DNA from: Amoebidium appalachense
Lineage: Eukaryota > Protista > Ichthyosporea
Assembly (NCBI GenBank): GCA_963693365.1
Contig: CAVNZM010000001.1
Span: 3,302,907-3,366,906, forward strand
Length of the DNA: 64,000 nucleotides
Direction of reading: 5' to 3'
Shown: in pieces, positions 1 to 10,239 of the stretch
How the letters are laid out: the number at the start of each line of letters is the position of its first letter
How positions within the stretch are numbered: position 1 is the first letter of the stretch
Made by a program: the position numbers and the translations under genes
Notes under the pieces: generated by a model
The model's input: only the letters and a program-made list of their open reading frames with translations
Told to the model about the DNA's origin: nothing
The model's database searches: none

Positions 1-520
1 TCTATGCCCCATCACTGGTACCGGTAAACCTGTTTGAAGTTCCCCCTGTACCCCCTGTGTCAACTTCAATGCACTGAGTGGCTAATGGGTGGTGCCTTTT
101 TATCCAATAGCTCATTAGGAGCTCAATGATTGGTTCTGTTCAGTGACAAGAATCAACTTGGAATTCGGATCCCCTTCAGCGGCGCTGGCGGACCGGCGGT
201 GCACATTGGCGGTACTTGGCGGTTTGGCGCCACCTGCATACTTTGCAACAAACAATTGTAAGGTCTGAGTCATAACAACCTGTACAGTTGCTACAAAAGG
301 GCTTCCTGGTTGTGAGACATGTCAGTCGCCACATTGTCAGTTTGGGCACTGCATGCAGCCGGCAAGTTTTCAACCTCGGGTGAATTAGACTTGCCGCCGG
401 ACTCGCTTTCACGTCAGCAAAACTCATACTTATTGGTTTGAGGACATTATTCTGCTGTGTTTATTACAACCCAAATAGAATTCTCTGTACGCTTGCCACG
501 GCAACACACAAAAATCAAAA

Positions 521-2584
521 ATGGCACTGGGTGGCATGAAAGGGTGTTTCCCTTGTGGCCCACACACTTGGGCAGCGGTGCTATTATTATTGGCCACGAG
601 TACTCCAAATATGTTTCCACTTACCTCTGCAATACCTACACGAAGGGGCGTTGCAATGTCCGACTTTCCGTTCCGTGACCCCCCTGTTCGCCAACCAGAC
701 CCCTTTTTCCCAACAGGACAAATCTACACCACTAGTGACCCTTCAAAGGTTAATTCTCAGTCTCTTAGGCCTGGTGACGCTATTGTGATAAAGTGCAACA
801 CGTACTCTGGAAAGGGGTTAACAATTAGATCCAGTGGGAGTCAGGGTCGCCCGGTGGTGGTTAAGGCAGAGCGTCCCGGATGCGTCACTTTCACGGGGGA
901 TAGTTACATTTCCATTGAAGGCAATTATGTCGAGGTTCAGGGTTTTGTGTTTAAGGGGAAGAAAAGTTCTGACACCCCAGCGGTGGCATTCACACGAGGG
1001 ACCAAGGGGTGCCGTGTGGTTCAATGCAAGGTCGATGGGTTCTACACGACCGGGTCAAGCAAGCAGACGGCGTTTGAAATCTTTGGTTTCGGCCATAGAA
1101 TCGACTGGAATTCTATTGTGAACATGGCACATGCAGGCGAGCTTGTGCGTGTTCTGGGCAAGTCATCGAGTACTGTTGAGAGCTCAGGCCACTACATTGG
1201 GTATAACTACTTTGGCCCACGCCAGGCTGTTCAGGATAACGGCGGCGAGATAATCCAGCTTTTTGCGGTGAATAATGAACAGGATGTGCTGACCACTGTG
1301 GAGTACAACGTGTTTGACAGAATCGACTCCGACGATGAATCATTGAGCCTGAAGTCTTCTTCCAACACGATTCAATACAACACCGTATACTCGTCGAGTG
1401 CGATATTTTCTATTCGCGCCGGATCACGCAACACGGTGCGGGGAAATTATTTCTTCTGCAACAGCAAGGAAAATTGCGGGGGGTTGCGCATCTACAAGCT
1501 GGATAACATTGTGCGTGACAACTACATCGACAAGGAAAACTCCGTAGCAGGAAACCACGGGAGTCTAGTGGTTCACGGGGGGGTCTCGGGGTCAAACTCG
1601 ATCAAATTTGCGGCGCAGCGTACACAGATTTTCAAGAACCTAGCCGTAGACTGTCACTACTGTATTACATTTGGAAACTCGAACGGTGGTGACGTTCCAG
1701 CCAAAGACACAACAGTGCGGGACAACATTTTCATTGGTGCGAAGACGAGCGATTACCTTATAAGGCTATATGACCGTGGCGAAACAAACACTCGTTGGTC
1801 CAACAACTTTTTCTACCGCGGGAAAACCCCTGGGCAGTACAACCGCTTTGTATCGTCGTTTGCGCCCATTATAACAACCTTCTCCAACGGTGTGCGTGTG
1901 CCTACAAACACGGACATCTCCATGCTTCCAGCATTTTCTTACCGCCCACTTTTGACGACGGATGTTGGGAGCGAGCCACGCCCTCGTCCCATTACCACCA
2001 CCACCACCACCACCACCAAGCGGTCTTCTACCACCACCACCACCACCACTACCAGGCGTTCTACTACAACTACCACCACTCCACGCACCACCACCAAGAG
2101 CTCTACCTCTACTACTACAACTCGGCCGACCACAACCACCACTACTACGCGCACTACCACTCGCACTTCAACATCACAAACAACGCTTCGGCCCACCAGC
2201 GCTAGCACCCCCCGTCCCTCCACAATGACTACCATCAGAACTACTACAAGGACGACCACCACCCGCCCCGCTTCACCCACACCCACATACCCATTCCCTG
2301 TGCGCACAATCACGACCGTTATTGGCGGTACCACGCGCACAATCTTGGTGGCCGGCGAGCAAATCACAACAGCTTTTGGTGAAGATATCGTTCCAACACA
2401 CGTGACCACTACCGAGTACGAGTATGAAACACAAACACGTGTTGTGTATGGCGAAACTAGGACTTTTTTTATCTATGTTGAGCCTACCCCTTCAACTACC
2501 GTCACTTCATCTGTTGCTGAGATCATCGAACCTATCGCAGATCCTACCGATCGTGCCGATCGCAATTTCCTCATTGCAAGTTAG
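521..2584 (+). CDS. Secreted polysaccharide lyase family 6 (chondroitinase B/alginate lyase-type beta-helix) with Thr-rich mucin-like C-terminal stalk; intronless
   Basis: 687-aa uninterrupted ORF; hydrophobic signal-like segment WAAVLLLLAT; PL6-type motifs LRPGDAIVI, GRPVVVKAERPGCVTFTG, GNYVEVQGFVF, HRIDWN, DNGGEIIQ, DESLSLKS (catalytic Lys, codon 1352-1354), SIRAG (catalytic Arg, codon 1415-1417), GGLRIY; Thr-rich tail from ~1990. Start could be 521 or 536. Confidence 0.88.
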   Translation: MALGGMKGCFPCGPHTWAAVLLLLATSTPNMFPLTSAIPTRRGVAMSDFPFRDPPVRQPDPFFPTGQIYTTSDPSKVNSQSLRPGDAIVIKCNTYSGKGLTIRSSGSQGRPVVVKAERPGCVTFTGDSYISIEGNYVEVQGFVFKGKKSSDTPAVAFTRGTKGCRVVQCKVDGFYTTGSSKQTAFEIFGFGHRIDWNSIVNMAHAGELVRVLGKSSSTVESSGHYIGYNYFGPRQAVQDNGGEIIQLFAVNNEQDVLTTVEYNVFDRIDSDDESLSLKSSSNTIQYNTVYSSSAIFSIRAGSRNTVRGNYFFCNSKENCGGLRIYKLDNIVRDNYIDKENSVAGNHGSLVVHGGVSGSNSIKFAAQRTQIFKNLAVDCHYCITFGNSNGGDVPAKDTTVRDNIFIGAKTSDYLIRLYDRGETNTRWSNNFFYRGKTPGQYNRFVSSFAPIITTFSNGVRVPTNTDISMLPAFSYRPLLTTDVGSEPRPRPITTTTTTTTKRSSTTTTTTTTRRSTTTTTTPRTTTKSSTSTTTTRPTTTTTTTRTTTRTSTSQTTLRPTSASTPRPSTMTTIRTTTRTTTTRPASPTPTYPFPVRTITTVIGGTTRTILVAGEQITTAFGEDIVPTHVTTTEYEYETQTRVVYGETRTFFIYVEPTPSTTVTSSVAEIIEPIADPTDRADRNFLIAS

Positions 2585-3089
2585 AGTTCAAATATGGTAT
2601 ATTTATTTAAGTTATGTGAGCATGTGCATATGCACGGTGTGTCGTATGTTCGATTTTTCGTTATATAATCAAACATTAGGAATTTATTTACTGAGGCCTA
2701 GGTGGTATGCAGCACCACTATGTAGCATACTGAGTATTAGCGAATGAAGGTTCCGGAGGTATATAAAGAATGAATGGGTTTCGATGTTTTGAGCATGCTG
2801 TGGGTTTTATTTAGTAACCTAGCCAGCCCAAAGCTGTGTGCGGTTTCTCTGTCGTATTAAGTTAAACGAAGGTTAGGTGTTGCTTCGGCCCGGTCTATGT
2901 AACCTATGTTTTTTTTTGTCCCTCTCATTTCATAGTGTTTTTGGCAGCCGTTATTATTGCTGAAACGGTCTACACTTTTAGATAAGGTGATAAAGCAGCC
3001 ATAACGTAGGCACAGGTTGCAGTATGTATCACATTTTGAATGAACAAAGCACATGCTTAAATACACATGCACAAGTCAATACGCGCGCG

Positions 3090-3159
<70 letters not shown>

Positions 3160-3385
3160 AAGCTCTCGGAAAGAGAGATAGGGCGAAAGACACACATACA
3201 GACACCACAAAAAAGTGCACGCACACTTCAAAATTGTGCACACACACACACATACACACACACACACACACATGTATTCACACACACACACACACACAGG
3301 GAGCTCGAGATAAACGGAGAGAGGGCACAAAGCACACATACAGACATCACATAACCGTGGGTTATGATAAATCATGTAGCGCTGT

Positions 3386-3418
<33 letters not shown>

Positions 3419-4588
3419 ATAGAGATAATATTACCTTCCACCCCTAATGGGTTTATCAGCTTGACGGGGGGGGGGAGGGGGGGGGGGCGGGGGGAGGGGG
3501 GGAGGGTGGGAGGGGGGCACAGAGCCGGGACGAGGATCGAGTTGTAGAAGCGTACAGTAAAGGACGATGCTTGTAGCAATTAGGATATTCAATGCTAACA
3601 ATAGCACTCTGTATGGTCACCACTCTGGGTTTTTTCCCCCTCCTACAGCTGTTTCAATGTGCACGTGCACACAATAAACTCGTGTGGATTCTGAAACGGG
3701 TAATGGTGAAGCATAGTAATTTCTCTTTTCTTTTCGTTTTTTTCTTCTTTTTTTTTTTTCCGGGGGGGGGGGGGGGGGGGAGGGAGGGGGGGTGCACCCA
3801 CCACCCATTTGAGGAGGCCTCCCCCCCCCCCCCCCCCCCCCCTCCCCCCACCTCGAGAGCCTCTGTAAACCCACCCGCGGTGGGCCACCAATGACTCCTA
3901 CATTGATCTGCAAGTAGACTCAAATGACGGTATTTGCCATGGCGGGATCTTCATCCACCAACGGTTACAGAGGACCTTAATTATTGAAGTCTGGCATGAT
4001 ATATTCACAGTCGGGAGGCATCCCCACCCCCAACCCCCCCCCCCCCCCCCCCTACCCCCCCACCCCCTTCCTCTTCCCATGTGCATGCCAGGGTTTTCGT
4101 TTCTTTTCTGCACCCCCCCCACCCCCCCCCCGGAGATCTCTCACCTTGAGGCAGTTATGCACTATGTGTATGCTCACTCGCGTGATGCCTACTCTATATA
4201 TGCGCATCAGTGTCTCTCCCCCCCCCCCCCCCCTCCCTCCCCCCCTCTTCCCCCCCTCTTCCCCCCCCCCCCCCCCCCCCCCCCCCAACCCCCTCCCCCT
4301 TTTTGTGGGCTACCGATACGTGTGACAAAGCAAAATGTAACGGCGAGCAGTATTAAGGGTTAACGTTTCCAAAGATACATTCAAACTTTCTGAGAAACGC
4401 CGACTCAGAACTTGGCGATGCCCGCTAAAGAGTATCGCTTGCAGCATGAGTACGCAACAGAAAACGAACAGAGGGTGACTGAAATTAAGATAACTTAAAG
4501 TTTGAAAAACTAATTAGCGCATTTTTTTTTTTTAAAAAAAAAATAGCCCCTAAAGAACCTGGTGGATTTTTAAGATGACCGGGGGCAA

Positions 4589-4627
<39 letters not shown>

Positions 4628-4936
4628 CACACACACACTCTCTCTCTCTCTCCCACTCGCTCCACACACACACACACACACACACACACGCGCGGCGGGG
4701 GGGGGGGGGGGGGGGGGGGGCACACACACATACACACAAATTCTCTCTCTCCCACTCGCTCCACACACACACGCGCGCGCGCGCGCGCGCGCGCGCGCGC
4801 ACGGTGCCACACGCAAGGGGGTCTCATATGTTTTTGTGCAAACTTTCACATGTGATCATTGGCTGGTTGTTTAGGGATTTTTGAATTTGAAACGGGGAGG
4901 GGAGGAGTGGTAAATATCGACGACCCCTCTGGTTGT

Positions 4937-4978
<42 letters not shown>

Positions 4979-5222
4979 AAAAAAAAAAAAAAAGTAGCCG
5001 CACGGGTGGGTGGGGTGGTGCCCCCTCCCCCACCCCCCCCCCCCCCCCCCCACGGCGCGTGTGCGTGATCATGGGCGCCAGAGCCCCTTTTCCACTCACC
5101 AACGGTTGTATTCGTTTTTTGGAGGAACTGCTTCCGTTTTGGCCACCGATGCATATCCCCCCCCCCCCCCCCAAACACACACACACACACACTGTTACAC
5201 ACACACAAACACAAACGCGCCA

Positions 5223-5354
<132 letters not shown>

Positions 5355-5513
5355 CACGTGCATTCTCTAACGACCCCTCCCCCTTCCCCTCCCCCAACCC
5401 CCCCCCCCCCCCCCCCCCCCCCCACCCCGGCCTCTCCCGCTCCACTCACATCCTCCTTCCCCCCTCACCCTGCTCACTTACGCACGTAAATGCACGTGCC
5501 CATGTGCGCGCAC

Positions 5514-5567
<54 letters not shown>

Positions 5568-6545
5568 CGCACGCACATGCACACAAACACATGCAACGGA
5601 CAACTATTGTAAATTATGAATTATGGGGGGTAAGGTTGTTGTGCCCCCCGCGCGGTGTTCGTGTGCATATTCTGTGTGGCGGGGAAGTTATGTGTGTGTG
5701 GTTTGAGTGCCGAATGTATCGGCGATGTACATGTGTATGTCGGGTGCTCATGACTGAACTCCTCCTCCCTCCCACAACTGCACATAACAATCTAACCCTT
5801 CCCCCCCCCCCCCCCTCCCCTCTCTCCCCCCCCCCCCCCCCCTCCCCCTTTGGGGCGGGGGCACCACCACAACCTGGTCCACCACCACCACCTCTGGACT
5901 AGCTCCACTGGACCGCCACCACTGCCCTGGCCACCACTGAGACGGTGCGCCCGCACACCCACCCTGGCAGCCCACCGCGGGGGGCGGTGTGTGTGTGTGT
6001 GCACATGTGTGTTTGTGCGTGTGGGGGGAGGGGGGGCGGGGGAGGGGGGGGGGCTCCGCCCCGGCTGCCAGCCTCCGGATCCCTGTGTGTCTGTGTGTGT
6101 GTGTGGGGGGGGGGGGGGGGGCGGGGGGGAGTAGGGAGGGCGAGGGGAGGTGGGCCTGGGGACTCATGGGGGAAGGGGGCTAGGGGGGGGGGGGGAGGGG
6201 GGGGGGGGGGAGGGGGAGGGGGAGCCGGGGGGAGGAGGGGGGGGGGGGGGGGGGGGGGGGGAGGGGGGGGGGGGGAGGGAGGCCCTGCAGCTGGGGGCCC
6301 CCGGGGAAGATGTACGTGTACACGCCCACGGTGCAGCTTGGTGGCCAGAACTCCCAGGAGACATTTGCAACAGCCTCGCAGCCGGCCCTTGTATTCAGGC
6401 CACGTGCCACACGTTGCCTCCCTCTCTCGCACAAAGCATGTCTAATCGGCACGCCATACGCACGTGCACTATGCACACGTGCGTGCCTCCGAGAGCGAGG
6501 TTGCCATATATGGCTAATGAATTTGTGGTTGACGAGAAGAATGCT

Positions 6546-6893
6546 CCCCCACAACACCTTCTTGACCGGGCAAAATAATCACCCCTTCAGGGGCACCGGG
6601 GGGCGGAGAAGTCGACCTTGGCGGCTCCGCAGGTGCTGGGGAAGGGGCAGTTAGAGGTGCAGAAACGAGCAGGACAGTGTCCTCCGCCGTGGTGACGAAG
6701 TTCAAGGCCCAGAGGGGCATTTTCCGCAGCGACCTAATAAACAACGAATGGAAGAACGTGGAAACTCAACACGGTAGAACAGTGTAAATCAAAGTAAACG
6801 AAATTTTTTGGGAATATTGCTGCGCGATGGTACAGTGCCCAGCGTACGCCGCTGGAAGAAGGAAGGCGAAGGGACCTCTACTGGCGCGGAGCG
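6546..6893. repeat. Left arm of ~340-bp inverted repeat (pairs with 7286-7625)
   Basis: Reverse complement aligned by hand to 7286-7625: about 14 substitutions plus small indels (one 6 bp), about 95% identity. Confidence 0.95.
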
Positions 6894-6923
6894 CCGGTAG
6901 AGTGACCGCCACTTGGTGCCGTC

Positions 6924-7199
6924 CTAGTAGCCTCCTCGGCCGCCCTCGTGCGTGTAGGGGCCCGCGGGCCCGCCCTCGCTAGCTTGCTTGTTGGCCGATG
7001 CGCGAACCAGCTCGGATTCGCGCTCCTTCTGTTTGGCGTGCGCAACAGCCTTGGACCACTTGGCGCCGTACTTGGGGTTGTACGTCTTATCAATTTGGGC
7101 GCGGGCGACCTCTGCAACTGCGTGACCCTCCGCGCGCCGAATGTACAACAGGAGCCTGCGAACCTCGGCGCTATACAGGTTGAAGGCAGCGTTCTCCAT
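6924..7199 (-). CDS. Short ORF (91 aa, MENAAFNLYSAEV...GGRGGY) between the inverted repeats; probable ORF1/gag-like gene of the recombinase element, possibly truncated
   Basis: ATG at 7199; non-repetitive helical, basic sequence ending in RGG; the reading direction runs into the left repeat arm. No recognisable domain. Confidence 0.4.
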   Translation of the reverse strand: MENAAFNLYSAEVRRLLLYIRRAEGHAVAEVARAQIDKTYNPKYGAKWSKAVAHAKQKERESELVRASANKQASEGGPAGPYTHEGGRGGY

Positions 7200-7285
7200 G
7201 CTAGGCGAGGAATTAGGGTGACAAGTTCTGTCACCTACCGTAGCTTACTTAGATCTAAGTGTGCGAAGGGGACTGCAACCTAAAC

Positions 7286-7625
7286 CGCTCCGCGCCAGTA
7301 GAGGTCCCTTCGCCTTCCTTCTCCCAGCGGCGTACGCTGGGCACTGTACCATAGCACAGCAATATTCCCCAAAAATTTTGTTTACTTTGATTTACACTGT
7401 TCTACCGTGTTGAGTTTCCACGTTCTTCCAATCGTTGTTTATTAGGTCGCTGCGGAAAATGCCCCTCTGGGCCTTGAACTTCGCCACCGCGGTGGAGGAC
7501 ACTGTCCCGGTCGTTTCTGCACCTGCCCCTTCCCCAGCACCTGCGGAGCCGCCAAGGTCGACTTCTTCGCCCCCCCGGTGCCCCCAAAGGGGTGATTATT
7601 TTGCCCGGTCAAGAAGGTGTGGGGG
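7286..7625. repeat. Right arm of ~340-bp inverted repeat, directly upstream of the tyrosine recombinase
   Basis: See left arm; both arms encode the same peptide (IRSLRKMPLWALNF..AEPPRSTS) in opposite orientations. Confidence 0.95.
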
Positions 7626-7679
7626 GGCCAGCTGCGGGGCCCCCTCCCACTGTGGATGTAAGCCCCGCGGCGACGGGAC

Positions 7680-8684
7680 GTGTTTATGTTTCTCCCATCG
7701 GCGACTTTGGTGCGTGGCGTGCGTGCGGCTGTGGTCCAATCTATTCTCCCGACCCTCAGGGCAAATGTGGATGTTTTGATCAGCAACACCCTTGCCGCCA
7801 CCACCTGGGAGCGCTACCAGATGGAAATTCGGTTTTACCTTCAGTTTTGTCAAGAGTCCGCCTTCGCCCCTTGGCCCCTCACCGGCACGGTTGCCACTGC
7901 GTATGTGGCCAAGTTGATGGAGCGAAATTTCGCGCCGGGCACGGTGGTCGGCAAGCTCTCAGCCCTGCGCAAGGTACACGAACTTTGGGGGTTCCCATAC
8001 CCTCCCCCATCGGTCATGTCCGCCCTCACCCAGGGGCACACCCGCACCCATATGCAGTGTAACCCCGACAAGCTGGCCGACCCGCGGCGGTTCGATGCCG
8101 AATGGGTGTCCCTCATCCTCACCCACCAGCCGCAGACCACCGCCGACGGCGCCTGGGAGTGCTCCTGTTGGCCTACCTCTGGGGCCTGTGGTGGACCACG
8201 GTCACCGAACTGCTCGCAGAAGACGTAGTTTTTGAAGGCCCGCACCCACAAGGCCACCGCATCACTCTACGGCTGCGGAAAATCAAGCAAGGCGCGGGCA
8301 AGTTGCATGACCCCGTCGTGCGCACGCGAGTGGTGCCCACCATATCTGTCCCGGCCCTACAGTTAGCAGTGGCTGCCACCCCCCGTCCCCCCGGCGCCCC
8401 CCACTGCATCCTCCCCACCGGTAAGGTCAACCACCAGACCGAGTGGATGCAGCGCGAGTTGTGCGCTATCGGCGTGGAGCCCCTGTTAGCCAACGCCGTC
8501 ACCTTCCACTGCCTCCGTCATGGCATGGTCGGCGCGGCCAAGGCTGCGGGGGCCTCTGAACCAGCAAATTCATTGGCTCGGCGCCTGGCTTGGCGCGAAG
8601 CCGGCCACCTACGGCACCGGCCACCAACATACAGCCGACGACGTGCTGTATTATGAAGCCCTGCGGGGCCTTGTTTGCACTTGA
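7680..8684 (+). pseudogene. Tyrosine recombinase (DIRS/Ngaro/Crypton-type YR), frameshifted
   Basis: Core-binding domain LAATTWERYQMEIRFYLQFC..WPLT..AYVAKL..APGTVVGKLSALRKVHELWG; 1-bp loss at ~8147 leads into RRLGVLLLAYLWGL(W, expected R)..TLRLRKIK..TFHCLRHG (HxxR); 1-bp gain at ~8561 leads into QQIHWLGAWLGAKPATY (G-W..Y) ending TGA at 8682-8684. Confidence 0.88.
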
Positions 8685-9053
8685 TTGTGTAAAGGATCTC
8701 TAATAAGCTTGTAACGGCGCAATACCTGTCTTATCATGAAGGCAGCAGTGGACGCAGGTAGCAACCATACATCTAAATACTTAGCTTGATTCATCAAGCA
8801 CTATTTAGAGTGTATTTTAGGGCAATCATTGGTTGAAATGGTGTTTCTAACAATGACAGCCCATTGGGTGAGCTCCGTTGGTATATAAGGAGCGAACTCC
8901 TACTAGTCGTTAGCTCATTTCCCAACGTCGCACCCACTTCACCCACCCACCCGCCCGAGCTCCGAGTCTAGGGTTGCATCCCAACATTGCATTGCATGCA
9001 CAGCTTCCGAGCTTTACATACGCGCACATCCCCACAACACAACACACACACAT

Positions 9054-9090
<37 letters not shown>

Positions 9091-9599
9091 CACACACGAC
9101 ACACGTGCACATGTTCACTCACACACCCGCACACACCCGCACACACACATACACACACAAAACACACGTATACACGCACGTACACGCACACACGCATGCC
9201 CCCCGGCCCTGCGCACGCGTGGTGGGGGAGGGAGTGAGGTTTTGGTCAGGATATGAGAACGAGGTTGTGGTAAGCCTGTAAAGTGATGTGTGTAGCTGTA
9301 TGTAAGTGTTGTCGACGATCTCTGATCCCACACAGCCTGAACCGAGCTCATAAAGCAATCGAAAGCAATCATACATCTAAATAACATGCATGATCCCGAC
9401 GGAGTTATTGGGACCCACGATTTTCAGAAATTTGAGAAAAAATACAGTGCTGATATTGATATATATTTACCAATTATTGTGTATACAGCTACAATTTTAG
9501 GAACCAGTTATCAAACAGCCAATTAGCATTAAAATATTGTTAGTTGTACATCATTTTAAAACTGTGTTTGTGGCTTGCAAATCTGTCGAATTGGCATTG

Positions 9600-9677
<78 letters not shown>

Positions 9678-10239
9678 AAAAAATGGATTCCCAAACACAT
9701 ACACCACCACCCAAAGGGTGTTGGGGGATCCTAAGAGTGAGATCTCCATCCATGGAAGACGAGTCGACCTGGCCCATCGGATATCAGCGCGTCTGCAACT
9801 TCTGCCTAGAAATACACATAACAGGAAAAGTATGGTAAAAACACATACATATAAACCTCAAATTCATGCTCCTACTGAGTTATGTAGACCGTGGCCTCTT
9901 AGCAGTATTAAAGCCATATGAACTATATGTCGCCTACGCCTTAAGGAGCGAGTCGCGGCGATCTTGTTGTCACCAAGTCTAAAGATCACCTTTGATGTGA
10001 TTGGCTATTTTTCAATCCACCTGGTATATATGAGCCCCCGCAGCTGACTTAGGAATCAGTCAGTCACCACCGAACGTCCACTTGAACATCCGAGAAAAGT
10101 TTCTGCGACCGCAAAAAGTTCTTGTGCTAAACGTTTCTCTCAGTGCAACTAGCCAAAAAAAACTGTCATATTCTTCTATGACATAAGTTTCGGCTACCCT
10201 CGGACATCTTGTTATTTTATTTCTATTTCTCTTTACAAA

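Larger units (their letters stand above)
6546..8700 (+). mobile_element. Degenerate tyrosine-recombinase transposon (no reverse transcriptase or RNase H seen)
   Basis: GC-rich, microsatellite-free block containing the YR pseudogene, short ORF and long inverted repeat; ends approximate. Confidence 0.7.

Noticed and set aside
4469-4931. Possible hAT-like TIR pair CAGAGGG / CCCTCTG
   Set aside because: Only 7 bp match and no 8-bp target-site duplication.
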